Of a DNA stretch of 64,000 nucleotides, positions 55,019-63,393 are shown one piece after another (position 1 is the stretch's first letter; each line of letters opens with the position of its first letter). Below the pieces are notes generated by a model that was not told the origin of the DNA, ran no database searches, and worked only from the letters and a program-made list of their open reading frames with translations. The position numbers and the translations under genes were made by a program. The stretch covers positions 62,001 to 126,000 of the IMG/VR virus record IMGVR_UViG_3300020473_000013; one strand, given 5' to 3'.

Positions 55019-55077
55019 GATCGTGTAGCCTGTGTTGGAGGTATCAGTGACTATTTACACAATACCTTCTCGGTACA

Positions 55078-55106
55078 ATAAACAAAGACGGGGGCCGGAG
55101 CCCCCA
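55078..55106 (-). terminator. Rho-independent terminator
   Basis: GGGGGC-TCCG-GCCCCC then GTCTTTGTTT. Confidence 0.65.
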
Positions 55107-55112
55107 TCGGAT

Positions 55113-55427
55113 TCAAACTTTTTCGATGCCATCGAAGTACATGGTCAGCAATTCCTCTGCGCCGACCATATAATGGTATTCAAGATACCGACGCAAGACT
55201 TCTTCCTCACCATAAAGGGTGATGTTAGAGTTGCCTCCCGCGGGACCGATAAACTCGTTCATTTCCAGACCGATACCATGACTGAGGAGAATATCGTAAA
55301 GCTCTTTGGCGTCAGCGTTGGACAGGTCGAACGACCCATCTTCTGCCATGCCGTCCACAGCGAAGTCGATATCGGAAAGTTTGCACGGGCCGCGAACGTC
55401 GAGAGTAGCGAAAGTCATGTTGGTCAC
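55113..55427 (-). CDS. Hypothetical protein
   Basis: ORF with RBS AAGG. Confidence 0.6.
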   Translation of the reverse strand: MTNMTFATLDVRGPCKLSDIDFAVDGMAEDGSFDLSNADAKELYDILLSHGIGLEMNEFIGPAGGNSNITLYGEEEVLRRYLEYHYMVGAEELLTMYFDGIEKV

Positions 55428-55491
55428 CTTGTAGATCGTGTTGGAAGTCGGAGATAAAGATGGAGGGCCCGAAGACCCTCCCTGCCGTCAG

Positions 55492-55863
55492 TTACTCGCA
55501 GTACGTCTTGAGAAGTTCGACGAAGTTGGCGAGCGTTTCGTCAGGCAAGCCTCTCTGGTCATAAGCGTTGAACCATTGCTCAGCCAGCTCGCCAAACTTT
55601 TTGTTGACGACTTCCTCAGATTCCTCGTCCAGAATGAACGGGTCGATCGAGGTGCCCGTCTGCTTTGCAATGTCAGGGAAGATCACATCCTCCACAAACT
55701 CTCGGATGAAGCGGTACGCGGCTTTGGGCGCTTCGCCCGTGCAGATGATCTTACTATCCGAAAGGGCCAGCGCGATGATGGCCGGTTCTTTGTAGGCATC
55801 CCCTTCGAGCAGGGCGAACAGATTTTCTCGGGTAGCAAACTTTTGATTAGGGAAACGCGGCAT
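55492..55863 (-). CDS. Hypothetical protein
   Basis: Start moved to MPRFPN (RBS AAGGA) downstream of a cassette. Confidence 0.6.
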   Translation of the reverse strand: MPRFPNQKFATRENLFALLEGDAYKEPAIIALALSDSKIICTGEAPKAAYRFIREFVEDVIFPDIAKQTGTSIDPFILDEESEEVVNKKFGELAEQWFNAYDQRGLPDETLANFVELLKTYCE

Positions 55864-55909
55864 GATGTGATTCCTTACAGTGAGCGCGATTGCGCTAGTT
55901 GAATGATGG

Positions 55910-55984
55910 CGAACGTTATCAATCTCCGTCACCACATTGTCGAACGCTCGTTTCGGATCGCTAGCGTTCATCTTCATTATATCA
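55910..55984 (-). promoter_or_regulatory. Promoter/leader cassette: TGaTATAAT, 41 bp, TGGTGACGG-N7-TAACGTTCG
   Basis: Read directly. Confidence 0.75.
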
Positions 55985-56021
55985 CACCACGGCACGGCGA
56001 ACAAGGTAGGTCTCTATCTGG

Positions 56022-56606
56022 TCACCGCTCGATGTCGAACGTCTCACCAGCGTATGCTGCGTAGGATGCAAACTTTGCCAGATTGAGTTGCGCCAGCAGA
56101 TCGGTCAGCTTTACCCAGTTCCCCTCAGAACCGCCTATAACGATGTCTGCTAACCAGCGACCGTACTTACCGCTTCCGTTCTTACGGGTTAGAAGGATGA
56201 CCTCGCGATCCGTCAGGAGTGTCCGAACAAACCGTGAGGCCATAACACCGTGAGCTTCCTCGGCAGAGTTCTCTGCTCGCCACGTCGGCTCTGGAGTGTC
56301 GAAAGCCAGTAAGCGGAACGTCACGTTGACCGTCACGTTGAAGCCCAACTCGACGGCAGCCTCAAAGGTATCGCCGTCGATCACCCGTGTGACCTCAGCG
56401 CGGTAGATATAAAGTTGGTCTGTATCGAAGCTAAGAGTATCGCTGATCCTGCTGAACTCCAGCTCACTGGACTCGTACCACATATTGAGAATCTGGTCGC
56501 GAGTATAGGAGGTGGAGCACTGCCCGCACGTCTGAGTGTCGGCGGGCAGCGGGAACCAAGCGATGTCCTCTCCGCAGTTGGCACAGGGAGATTTCATCTT
56601 GTCCAT
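56022..56606 (-). CDS. Thermonuclease (SNase-like) with N-terminal zinc ribbon
   Basis: YRAEVTRVIDGDT, RLLAFDTPE, GKYGRWLADI; CxxC...CxxC N-terminus. Confidence 0.85.
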   Translation of the reverse strand: MDKMKSPCANCGEDIAWFPLPADTQTCGQCSTSYTRDQILNMWYESSELEFSRISDTLSFDTDQLYIYRAEVTRVIDGDTFEAAVELGFNVTVNVTFRLLAFDTPEPTWRAENSAEEAHGVMASRFVRTLLTDREVILLTRKNGSGKYGRWLADIVIGGSEGNWVKLTDLLAQLNLAKFASYAAYAGETFDIER

Positions 56607-56630
56607 AGGTTATGCCTTTATGGAATAGGA

Positions 56631-57059
56631 TTAGCGGACGTTCTGAGCCTGATCCGTCAGGAACTTCCGCACGTTATCCACGTACTTGGCGGAGGTGCTG
56701 GGAAGGTGGGCAACCTTGAGGAAAGTCTTGACGTGGCGATCCTCGATGGGGACGTCCAAGCCTACGGTGCCTTCCTCACTCCAGACGACTTTCTGGAAAC
56801 GTTTCCAGATAACGTCGCGGAAGAAGCGTTGGACAGCCTCTTGGAATTTCTTGTTCTTCTCCAGGACTTGGTAGCTGCGGCCCACAAAGTCGAGAAGGTC
56901 GGGAGCCCGTTTCGGCTCCAGAGTGTTTGCAGCCATGTCCAGCAGAAGCTCGCGATCATCGACGGATGAACACTGAGCGATGAAGTCAGGAAGTTGGTCG
57001 GGATTCCTGCTGGCCTGAATGTGGTGGGTTTTCGCGTTGGGGTCGATCTTGATTTCCAT
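56631..57059 (-). CDS. Hypothetical protein
   Basis: ORF in operon. Confidence 0.65.
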   Translation of the reverse strand: MEIKIDPNAKTHHIQASRNPDQLPDFIAQCSSVDDRELLLDMAANTLEPKRAPDLLDFVGRSYQVLEKNKKFQEAVQRFFRDVIWKRFQKVVWSEEGTVGLDVPIEDRHVKTFLKVAHLPSTSAKYVDNVRKFLTDQAQNVR

Positions 57060-57083
57060 TACAGAAGTCCTTGTCAGGATGGG

Positions 57084-57563
57084 TTAGGAGTCGTCTTCAT
57101 CGGAGTCAGCATCGGCGTCATCATCGGCGTCTGCGTCATCGCCAGAAGACTCATCATCGGAATCAGGGTCGGCATCATCGCCGTCACCATCATCGGAATC
57201 ATCAGAGGCATCATCGGTGCCAGTATCGGAGCCATCGTCATCACCTTCGTCTGAGGCATTGTCGTCAGAATCATCGCCGCCGTCTTCGGAGGAATCTTCA
57301 TCAGAACTATCCTCGTCCGAGGAGTCATCGGACGAGTCTTCGCTGTCCTCAGAATCGCCGTCGTCCGAGGAGTCTTTCTTGGCCTTTTTCTTGGCCTTTT
57401 CTTCCTTCTCCTTGCGCTCCTCCTCCCGTTCTTCCTTCTTCTCCTCTTCCTCTTCCGCATCGGAAGGCTGAGTCTGAGGGACGGTGCCTTGGTCCATGAA
57501 ACCATAAAAGCTGGCGAGAGCCTTATCGCTATCACTCACCATGGTTAGATCAATCTCGATCAT
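57084..57563 (-). CDS. Acidic D/S/E-rich low-complexity protein
   Basis: RBS GGAGG; E/K block followed by a long D/S tail. Confidence 0.65.
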   Translation of the reverse strand: MIEIDLTMVSDSDKALASFYGFMDQGTVPQTQPSDAEEEEEKKEEREEERKEKEEKAKKKAKKDSSDDGDSEDSEDSSDDSSDEDSSDEDSSEDGGDDSDDNASDEGDDDGSDTGTDDASDDSDDGDGDDADPDSDDESSGDDADADDDADADSDEDDS

Positions 57564-57573
57564 GGCCTGCCTC

Positions 57574-58644
57574 CTAGTTGATATTGATTGCGTCGATGAG
57601 GTGCTGGCGGTCCTGCTCGTCCGAGGGAAAGTCCTTGGTATGTTTCTTCAACGCCTTTCGGAGTTTCTTCTCGTTAAAGCATACATCCAACATCGGGCAT
57701 TCCGTGTAATACGCAATCTCCTTCTCGTAGAAGGCCAGCGTCTTGCACGGCTTATACTTGATCGCCTCCGCAGGGTTCATCTTGGCGAAGCTGTTAACTC
57801 CTGCCTTGAACTTGAGGCGTTCGTTGGCGACCATCTCCTTACAACGGCGATCCCAGTTCTTGGTCCAAGTCTCCGCGTGTTCGTAGTAGTTGAACGGGTT
57901 ATCGCGGCTGAAATACAGGAGGCTAAATCCAGCAATCTCCATCTTGTACTTCTTCTTCAGGACCCAGCAGTAGGACGGCAACTGTTTGAGGTGAGACTTT
58001 TGCGGGAGCTTGTTGCTATCGATCTTGGTTTTGGTGCAGGTCTTGTAGTCCGCAACCCAGTACCGACCGTCAGGCAGCTCAATAATACAGTCGATATGGC
58101 CTTTGAGGCCTTTGTAGTTGATCTCCTTCTCCACATACTCCATAGCATTACCGCACTTGGGGCATGTGTTGTTCGTCGTATTCTTTCGGGTTAGCTTACC
58201 TTCCCGGACCAGTTCGCCATTCGCGTCGTACAAATCGAGAGCGCGTTGGCCCTTCCGACACGCACGGTCGAGGCACTTCCAGTCGCCGAAAATCTTACCA
58301 GAGAAGCCCATGTGATACTGAATGTTCTCGTGGGCTGTTGTGCCGACAGAGGTGAAATAGTCACCTGCCGCGGAACGCTCGTTCTCAAAATAGCCGAGCG
58401 ATGCTCCCCGTACCAGCTTCATGTAGACCAGAACGCTACACAACGGGAACGAGGAGGGCCTGTATTCGGGGCGGCGACCTTTCTGACTTTTGAACTTGTT
58501 TTCCATGGCCTGCTCGTAGAGCTTACCAGCGATGGAGGCCGCTTTCGATTTTCTAGGAGGAAAGCCACCCTTGCGGAAGGTCTGCTTCCGCGGTACGTTT
58601 CCGAAGCCTGCCATAGGGTGCATCCTTTGTTCAGTATGTGGCAT
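57574..58644 (-). CDS. Cas4/RecB-like PD-(D/E)xK exonuclease
   Basis: RPSSFPLC, GTTAH, GHIDCI...VADYKT, QLPSY, C-terminal C..C..C Fe-S-type cysteines; true start may be 58623 or 58614. Confidence 0.75.
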   Translation of the reverse strand: MPHTEQRMHPMAGFGNVPRKQTFRKGGFPPRKSKAASIAGKLYEQAMENKFKSQKGRRPEYRPSSFPLCSVLVYMKLVRGASLGYFENERSAAGDYFTSVGTTAHENIQYHMGFSGKIFGDWKCLDRACRKGQRALDLYDANGELVREGKLTRKNTTNNTCPKCGNAMEYVEKEINYKGLKGHIDCIIELPDGRYWVADYKTCTKTKIDSNKLPQKSHLKQLPSYCWVLKKKYKMEIAGFSLLYFSRDNPFNYYEHAETWTKNWDRRCKEMVANERLKFKAGVNSFAKMNPAEAIKYKPCKTLAFYEKEIAYYTECPMLDVCFNEKKLRKALKKHTKDFPSDEQDRQHLIDAININ

Positions 58645-58679
58645 ATTTACACCGACTTATATACGCGGCAGTGTAAATA
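58644..58679. promoter_or_regulatory. Divergent pair of GTGTAAATA motifs
   Basis: Minus-strand copy 58644-58652 toward the exonuclease, plus-strand copy 58671-58679 toward the primase. Confidence 0.6.
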
Positions 58680-58723
58680 TGCACTAGACAACGTTGGTAA
58701 ATTACAACGCCATAGGACATTCC

Positions 58724-59707
58724 ATGAGCGACGCAAGGCAGATCATATTTGAGGAGATAACCTCCAAGATTCCAGGCAACAAAAAGTTGTCAGGCGACTC
58801 GTACATGATCCAGTGCCCGTACCATGATGACCGCAGCCCGTCCGGAGGTATCAACCTAGCGGTGGACTCTGGAGTACCGCTAGGTTTCTTTCACTGCTTC
58901 GGCTGCGGAGCCAAGGCGCACTGGAACTCGTTAGCTAAGAAGATGGACCTGCACCAGTTCAAAGACTGGGAGCTGGGTTTCTCTGGGAACGGGTCAAAAC
59001 GAGAAAACAAGAAACGGACGGTCGTCACATACGAATCGCGAAGCCAAGAGCTAAAGCGATCCCTCAATACGATGGAGACGATCCAGTGGCCGATCCACAT
59101 GTCGTGGCGCGGTTACCCGGGCAAGCTGCTTCGTAAGCTGGGAGGGCTGTTCTACAACGACCCTCTGACAGACGAGGTTATGCTGTTCTTCCCTGTATCG
59201 GTAAACGGAAGGTACAAAGGCGGGGTCCGTGCCTATTTAGAGAAGCAGGTGCACGGGGCCAGCTACCTAACGACGAAGGGCCAGTGGGTCAAGGACGTGG
59301 GCCTGCTAGGATATGAGTACGTAAAGAGGATCGTGCGCAAGAAGGGATATCGGTCTATAGTGCTAGTGGAAGGGCCGCGCGATATGCTACGCCTTGTGAA
59401 CAACAGCATTCCCTGCCTAGCGATCCTAGGTTCCGAGAACTTCACGGAGAAGAAGCTACTCCGTATTCTGGCGATGAGCACGAAACTGGAAACGATCTAT
59501 GTCATGCCGGATAACGACAAGGCCGGTACCCAGATGTTCAAGCGAATCAAGGCGGCGTGCGAAGGATACATACAGGTTAAGCACCTGCGTCTGCCTAAGG
59601 AGAAGGACGAGGAAGGCAAGCTAATCAAGATGGACCCGGACGACTGCCCTATCGAGATCATCCAGGAAGTTAAGGCAATGGTCGAGAAGGAGAGGAAGGG
59701 TAAGTGA
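58724..59707 (+). CDS. dnaG: DnaG-like DNA primase (CHC2 zinc finger plus TOPRIM)
   Basis: CPYHDDRSPS...HCFGCG, LVEGPRD, MPDND.AG, DPDD; start MSDARQ. Confidence 0.88.
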   Translation: MSDARQIIFEEITSKIPGNKKLSGDSYMIQCPYHDDRSPSGGINLAVDSGVPLGFFHCFGCGAKAHWNSLAKKMDLHQFKDWELGFSGNGSKRENKKRTVVTYESRSQELKRSLNTMETIQWPIHMSWRGYPGKLLRKLGGLFYNDPLTDEVMLFFPVSVNGRYKGGVRAYLEKQVHGASYLTTKGQWVKDVGLLGYEYVKRIVRKKGYRSIVLVEGPRDMLRLVNNSIPCLAILGSENFTEKKLLRILAMSTKLETIYVMPDNDKAGTQMFKRIKAACEGYIQVKHLRLPKEKDEEGKLIKMDPDDCPIEIIQEVKAMVEKERKGK

Positions 59708-59723
59708 AGAATGGAATAATTGA

Positions 59724-59750
59724 AGGGTCGTCTACAGGGCGACCTTTTTT
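59724..59750 (+). terminator. Rho-independent terminator after primase
   Basis: GGTCGTC-TACA-GGCGACC plus T6. Confidence 0.7.
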
Positions 59751-59819
59751 GTGTCTATGGACCACGAGTATAAAGCTAGAGTCGCACGGGATCGCCGAGT
59801 CGATGCGGAGCGGAGACAT

Positions 59820-59845
59820 AAAAAAGGGTCAGCCGAAGCTGACCC
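59820..59845 (-). terminator. Rho-independent terminator
   Basis: GGGTCAGC-TTCG-GCTGACCC plus T6 on the minus strand. Confidence 0.8.
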
Positions 59846-59877
59846 ACAAGATACCGGCGGTGGCTGCCGGTGTTCGA

Positions 59878-60480
59878 TCATTCGTCTTCGAGTGCTTCCA
59901 TGGCCTCGGCGCACCACTCCTTGAGCTGGGCGCTGGAGGTGTTGTCGCGCAGGTAGTTGATGTCCTGCACGCTCATGGTGTCGAGCTTCGCTTCCAGCTC
60001 CACGATCAGATCGTCGGCGCTGTCGTCGGTGCGGAGCAGGATGTTCTGCACGAACTGGCTGACCTGCTGTTCAGCTTCAGGCGGAGCGGCGTTCACCTGC
60101 TCATCGACCGGCGCCTGGAAGTTGCCCAGGTCGTAGTCGTCGTTCAGCACGTCGAAGATGCGGTTGTGCTCCTTCTGGGCTCGCTCGTCCTGCAGGAACT
60201 CCTCAGCACTCTCGCTGCTGACGATGTGGACGAAACCACGAGCGACCAGACGACGGAAGTTCGGGTTGCGCAGAACGTCGGCCTTGGTGGCGAAGGTGGA
60301 CAGGTCCACAGGAATGAACGTCACAGGAACCTGCACGGACACCTTCTGCTGACCGGAATCGACGACCACGAAGTTGACGTTGCCACGCGGGTTGCTCTTG
60401 TTCAGGACGAACAGTTGGGAATCGTCCGCCTTCTCAGCCTGCGTAACAGTCAGGCGCTGGAGTTTCACTTTGATCGGCAT
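59878..60480 (-). CDS. Hypothetical protein (possibly virion-associated)
   Basis: Highly biased codons; RBS GGAG; CTGTAAAGA upstream. Confidence 0.7.
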   Translation of the reverse strand: MPIKVKLQRLTVTQAEKADDSQLFVLNKSNPRGNVNFVVVDSGQQKVSVQVPVTFIPVDLSTFATKADVLRNPNFRRLVARGFVHIVSSESAEEFLQDERAQKEHNRIFDVLNDDYDLGNFQAPVDEQVNAAPPEAEQQVSQFVQNILLRTDDSADDLIVELEAKLDTMSVQDINYLRDNTSSAQLKEWCAEAMEALEDE

Positions 60481-60511
60481 TTTGCCTCTCCGTTTTGGTT
60501 AATGTGTCCTA

Positions 60512-61075
60512 CTACAGGACGCTATCGAATAGTGTATTACCTGAGCCAAGTATCTTTACAGCTTTGGTCAGGGCCGAGAAGTCCTTGGTCTTCAACCGAA
60601 GGGCGTCTTTGAGCTTGAACTTGCTGCCTGCTATAGGTTCGACAACCTTTTCGTCGAACAGCAAAGACAGCATCCAAGGCTCGAAGTCCAATCTCTCCAG
60701 CGACAGAGGTTCGGAGTTCAGGACGTCATCCACAATCTTGGACTTACCTTCAACATAGTCGAGGCCGGCATCAGGACTGTAACGCTCGCGCAGGACCTGA
60801 ATGACATGGTGAAGCATGATCAATGCCTTGACCTGATCCACTGACTTCTTCCTGACGCGAGACACGTCCTTTACCGATAGCTCCTGCCCGGAGAACTTGT
60901 AGCGCAACAACTCAGCATCGGAGAACGGCTTGTCCTCAGCGGAGAACCGAATGTCCATACCAAGGCAGCGGTTGCGCGTTACCGGTGAATGGAACTTGCA
61001 AGTCTCGACGCAACACTGCGTCCGAAACCTGTAGGATTCCACCAACGGACATTGCTTCACTTCATCTGAGGACAC
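60512..61075 (-). CDS. Hypothetical protein with Cys-rich N-terminus
   Basis: GTG start, RBS GGAGG. Confidence 0.6.
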   Translation of the reverse strand: MSSDEVKQCPLVESYRFRTQCCVETCKFHSPVTRNRCLGMDIRFSAEDKPFSDAELLRYKFSGQELSVKDVSRVRKKSVDQVKALIMLHHVIQVLRERYSPDAGLDYVEGKSKIVDDVLNSEPLSLERLDFEPWMLSLLFDEKVVEPIAGSKFKLKDALRLKTKDFSALTKAVKILGSGNTLFDSVL

Positions 61076-61115
61076 GTAAAAACCTCCGTTCCTGTTTCAG
61101 GATTCTGGAGTGTAT

Positions 61116-61694
61116 TTACAGTCTTGGTCGGGATTCGATATGGTTCAGGAACGCTTCAAGGCGTCCGCCGGACAGGCACTCGAACGGATCGTACTCCAGC
61201 TCCTTGCAAGCATGGTAGATGCCCATAAGGGAGCAGTCGAGTTCGTGTACAGTAAGACGTTCGGCCTTAGGCGTAGGCTTGGTCAGCTCCTTCAGGTCTT
61301 CGTACAACTCCTTGAGTGCGTTGGAGTTCTCAAACTTCCTGTTGAAGCTATTTTTCCAAGTTGATGCCGTGTAGATCGTGAGCTGCGGATAGGTTACAGC
61401 CAGGGCACCGAGCATCATATTTATTGCTTCGATTGTCGTGCCCTTGAGACCTCTGGATTGAAAACGTTCCGCCACGACGAGATCGAACGGACCGTACAGG
61501 TGCTCCAGATGGCGAATCTCCGAAATATACGCGCGGGACTCAGGAACTAGATCAGCGGGCACCTTGATCGTGTTCTCCACGAGGCGGGTTCCCACCACCC
61601 TTACCTTCAGCTTTTCGCCTGAAGGTGCGATCTTCAATATGGACGCGGCGTAGTTCGTGGTGCCGGGGTCCATTGAAAGTACAGTGATGGCCAT
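61116..61694 (-). CDS. ruvC: RuvC-like Holliday junction resolvase
   Basis: VLSMDPGTTN, VVAERFQ, HELDC RNase H-fold acidic residues; start MAITVL (RBS GGAGG). Confidence 0.75.
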   Translation of the reverse strand: MAITVLSMDPGTTNYAASILKIAPSGEKLKVRVVGTRLVENTIKVPADLVPESRAYISEIRHLEHLYGPFDLVVAERFQSRGLKGTTIEAINMMLGALAVTYPQLTIYTASTWKNSFNRKFENSNALKELYEDLKELTKPTPKAERLTVHELDCSLMGIYHACKELEYDPFECLSGGRLEAFLNHIESRPRL

Positions 61695-61778
61695 AAGGCC
61701 TCCGAGATACAATGTGCGATACGGCAAATTACTATCGAGATGGTCGATAATTTACCTCAACCAGTCTAGGAGGCCAAA

Positions 61779-62252
61779 ATGCTCGAAATTCATGTAAGCG
61801 TAGCCAGTTCGACCCTCACCAACTTGCTCGGCCCGACGCCGACCGTGTTCGTAGAGGATACCGATATTCCCATCAAGCTCGAAAAGCTGAGGAGTAAAGG
61901 ATGGGTCATTATGGTGTGCCAGCGTCCTATCACAGGAACAGACGGGAACGTCGCGATCGGAAACAATGCGCATGGCAGACATTGGGCGGCCATGAACCCA
62001 ATGGACGAGTTCTTCGAGGAGAACCTACGAAGCAACGAAAAGCTGGATGCTCGCGTCGCTGTGGTTCTGACGGGTGAACAGTTAGTGCGGATGGCTCTGA
62101 TCGGAAATAGATATGCTGACAAATACAGGGAAATGGAGCTCGATAACGCACTCAAGCTCCTGAAGCCAAAGATCGACAAGCTGGAAGGGAAGAAATATAG
62201 CGAGGTGATGGAGCTCCTGAAACAAGCGGAGGCCGGCTATGGCAAGGGTTAA
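61779..62252 (+). CDS. Hypothetical protein
   Basis: RBS GGAGG. Confidence 0.65.
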   Translation: MLEIHVSVASSTLTNLLGPTPTVFVEDTDIPIKLEKLRSKGWVIMVCQRPITGTDGNVAIGNNAHGRHWAAMNPMDEFFEENLRSNEKLDARVAVVLTGEQLVRMALIGNRYADKYREMELDNALKLLKPKIDKLEGKKYSEVMELLKQAEAGYGKG

Positions 62253-63393
62253 GCGCGGTACGGGAACAATCAAACGGAAGAACGCCCGTAACTATACACA
62301 CAAGCAGGCTCAAGCCCGATTGCAGGAAACTGTCGAACCGTTCAACCAGCAGGTGCTCAACTCCCTGTACGTGGACAGCGTTGAGGTGGACTACTATCAG
62401 GCGCAAGCGCGTATAGGTAAGACGTGCACCTGCGAGAAGGTGGAGGTTCGTCCTGAACACAACTCTATCACAGGCCATGAGAACGATTACCATGTTGAAC
62501 CTGTGGTGCCGACTGTTGACGAAGACAGCAGCTCGGAACTGGGAGTCCGCCTGCAAGACGACAACCTGTTCGGCGATAGCCCTGCGGAAAAGCTGTACGG
62601 CGAAAACGTCATGGACGTCAGTGGGTATGACGACATGGCGGATGACGACATTCCTGAGGAGCTGTATCGGGACGTTACCGCTAAGGAAGGAGACGTTGCT
62701 TTCACCGAGACCACCATGTTTGGCTCTAATGCCAACTGCGGTATCTGCTACAAGACGGGCTTCCAGCCGGGATACAAGGCGTACGGCAAACAGCGCCATG
62801 TGTTGACGACGTGGGACATCGAGCGGATCAGCGGGTACACGGTGGTAACGACGAACGCTCCAAACTCCATGCGGCGCCAAGGTCCTATCGAGCCCTACAA
62901 CTTCGTCGAGTTCGCGATCAACGTTCCCAAATACTTCCAGTCGGTGACGTACAGCCTGCGAAACAATACGCAGGTCCTGACGGGCGAGAAATTCATGATA
63001 GACTGGGAACCCGCATCACTGCGCAAACTCAAGGAGTACGCAGGGAAGACAGCCGTTCTTCAGGTTCAGGCGAAGGAGTTCACGCATCTGGTGCTGGAGT
63101 TCGATCTTGGCATGGACAAGGTACGCGCCAACCTAGGACCTGAGAGCCGTGCGCTGGATTACAGCAAGATGGACGCGCTGTCCAACTTCCCAATCGTGCT
63201 TCCGCCAAATATACATGAGGTTAGCACAGGAGACATCGTTGTGGTGCGCGACCGGCGCCTCGTCCTGAAAGTCATGGACATGGAGAGGAAGATCACCGCA
63301 GACAAGAGGCAACTCGAATGGATGGTTCAGACGAGGCTCGTCCAGAGAACGGAACCGTTAAGAGAAATAGCGAAAGGCCTGAAACTCCTCTAG
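62239..63393 (+). CDS. Putative virion structural or head-tail joining protein
   Basis: CTC...CGICYKTGF..GY motif; 384 aa; start of a plus-strand gene block. Confidence 0.5.
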   Translation: MARVKRGTGTIKRKNARNYTHKQAQARLQETVEPFNQQVLNSLYVDSVEVDYYQAQARIGKTCTCEKVEVRPEHNSITGHENDYHVEPVVPTVDEDSSSELGVRLQDDNLFGDSPAEKLYGENVMDVSGYDDMADDDIPEELYRDVTAKEGDVAFTETTMFGSNANCGICYKTGFQPGYKAYGKQRHVLTTWDIERISGYTVVTTNAPNSMRRQGPIEPYNFVEFAINVPKYFQSVTYSLRNNTQVLTGEKFMIDWEPASLRKLKEYAGKTAVLQVQAKEFTHLVLEFDLGMDKVRANLGPESRALDYSKMDALSNFPIVLPPNIHEVSTGDIVVVRDRRLVLKVMDMERKITADKRQLEWMVQTRLVQRTEPLREIAKGLKLL

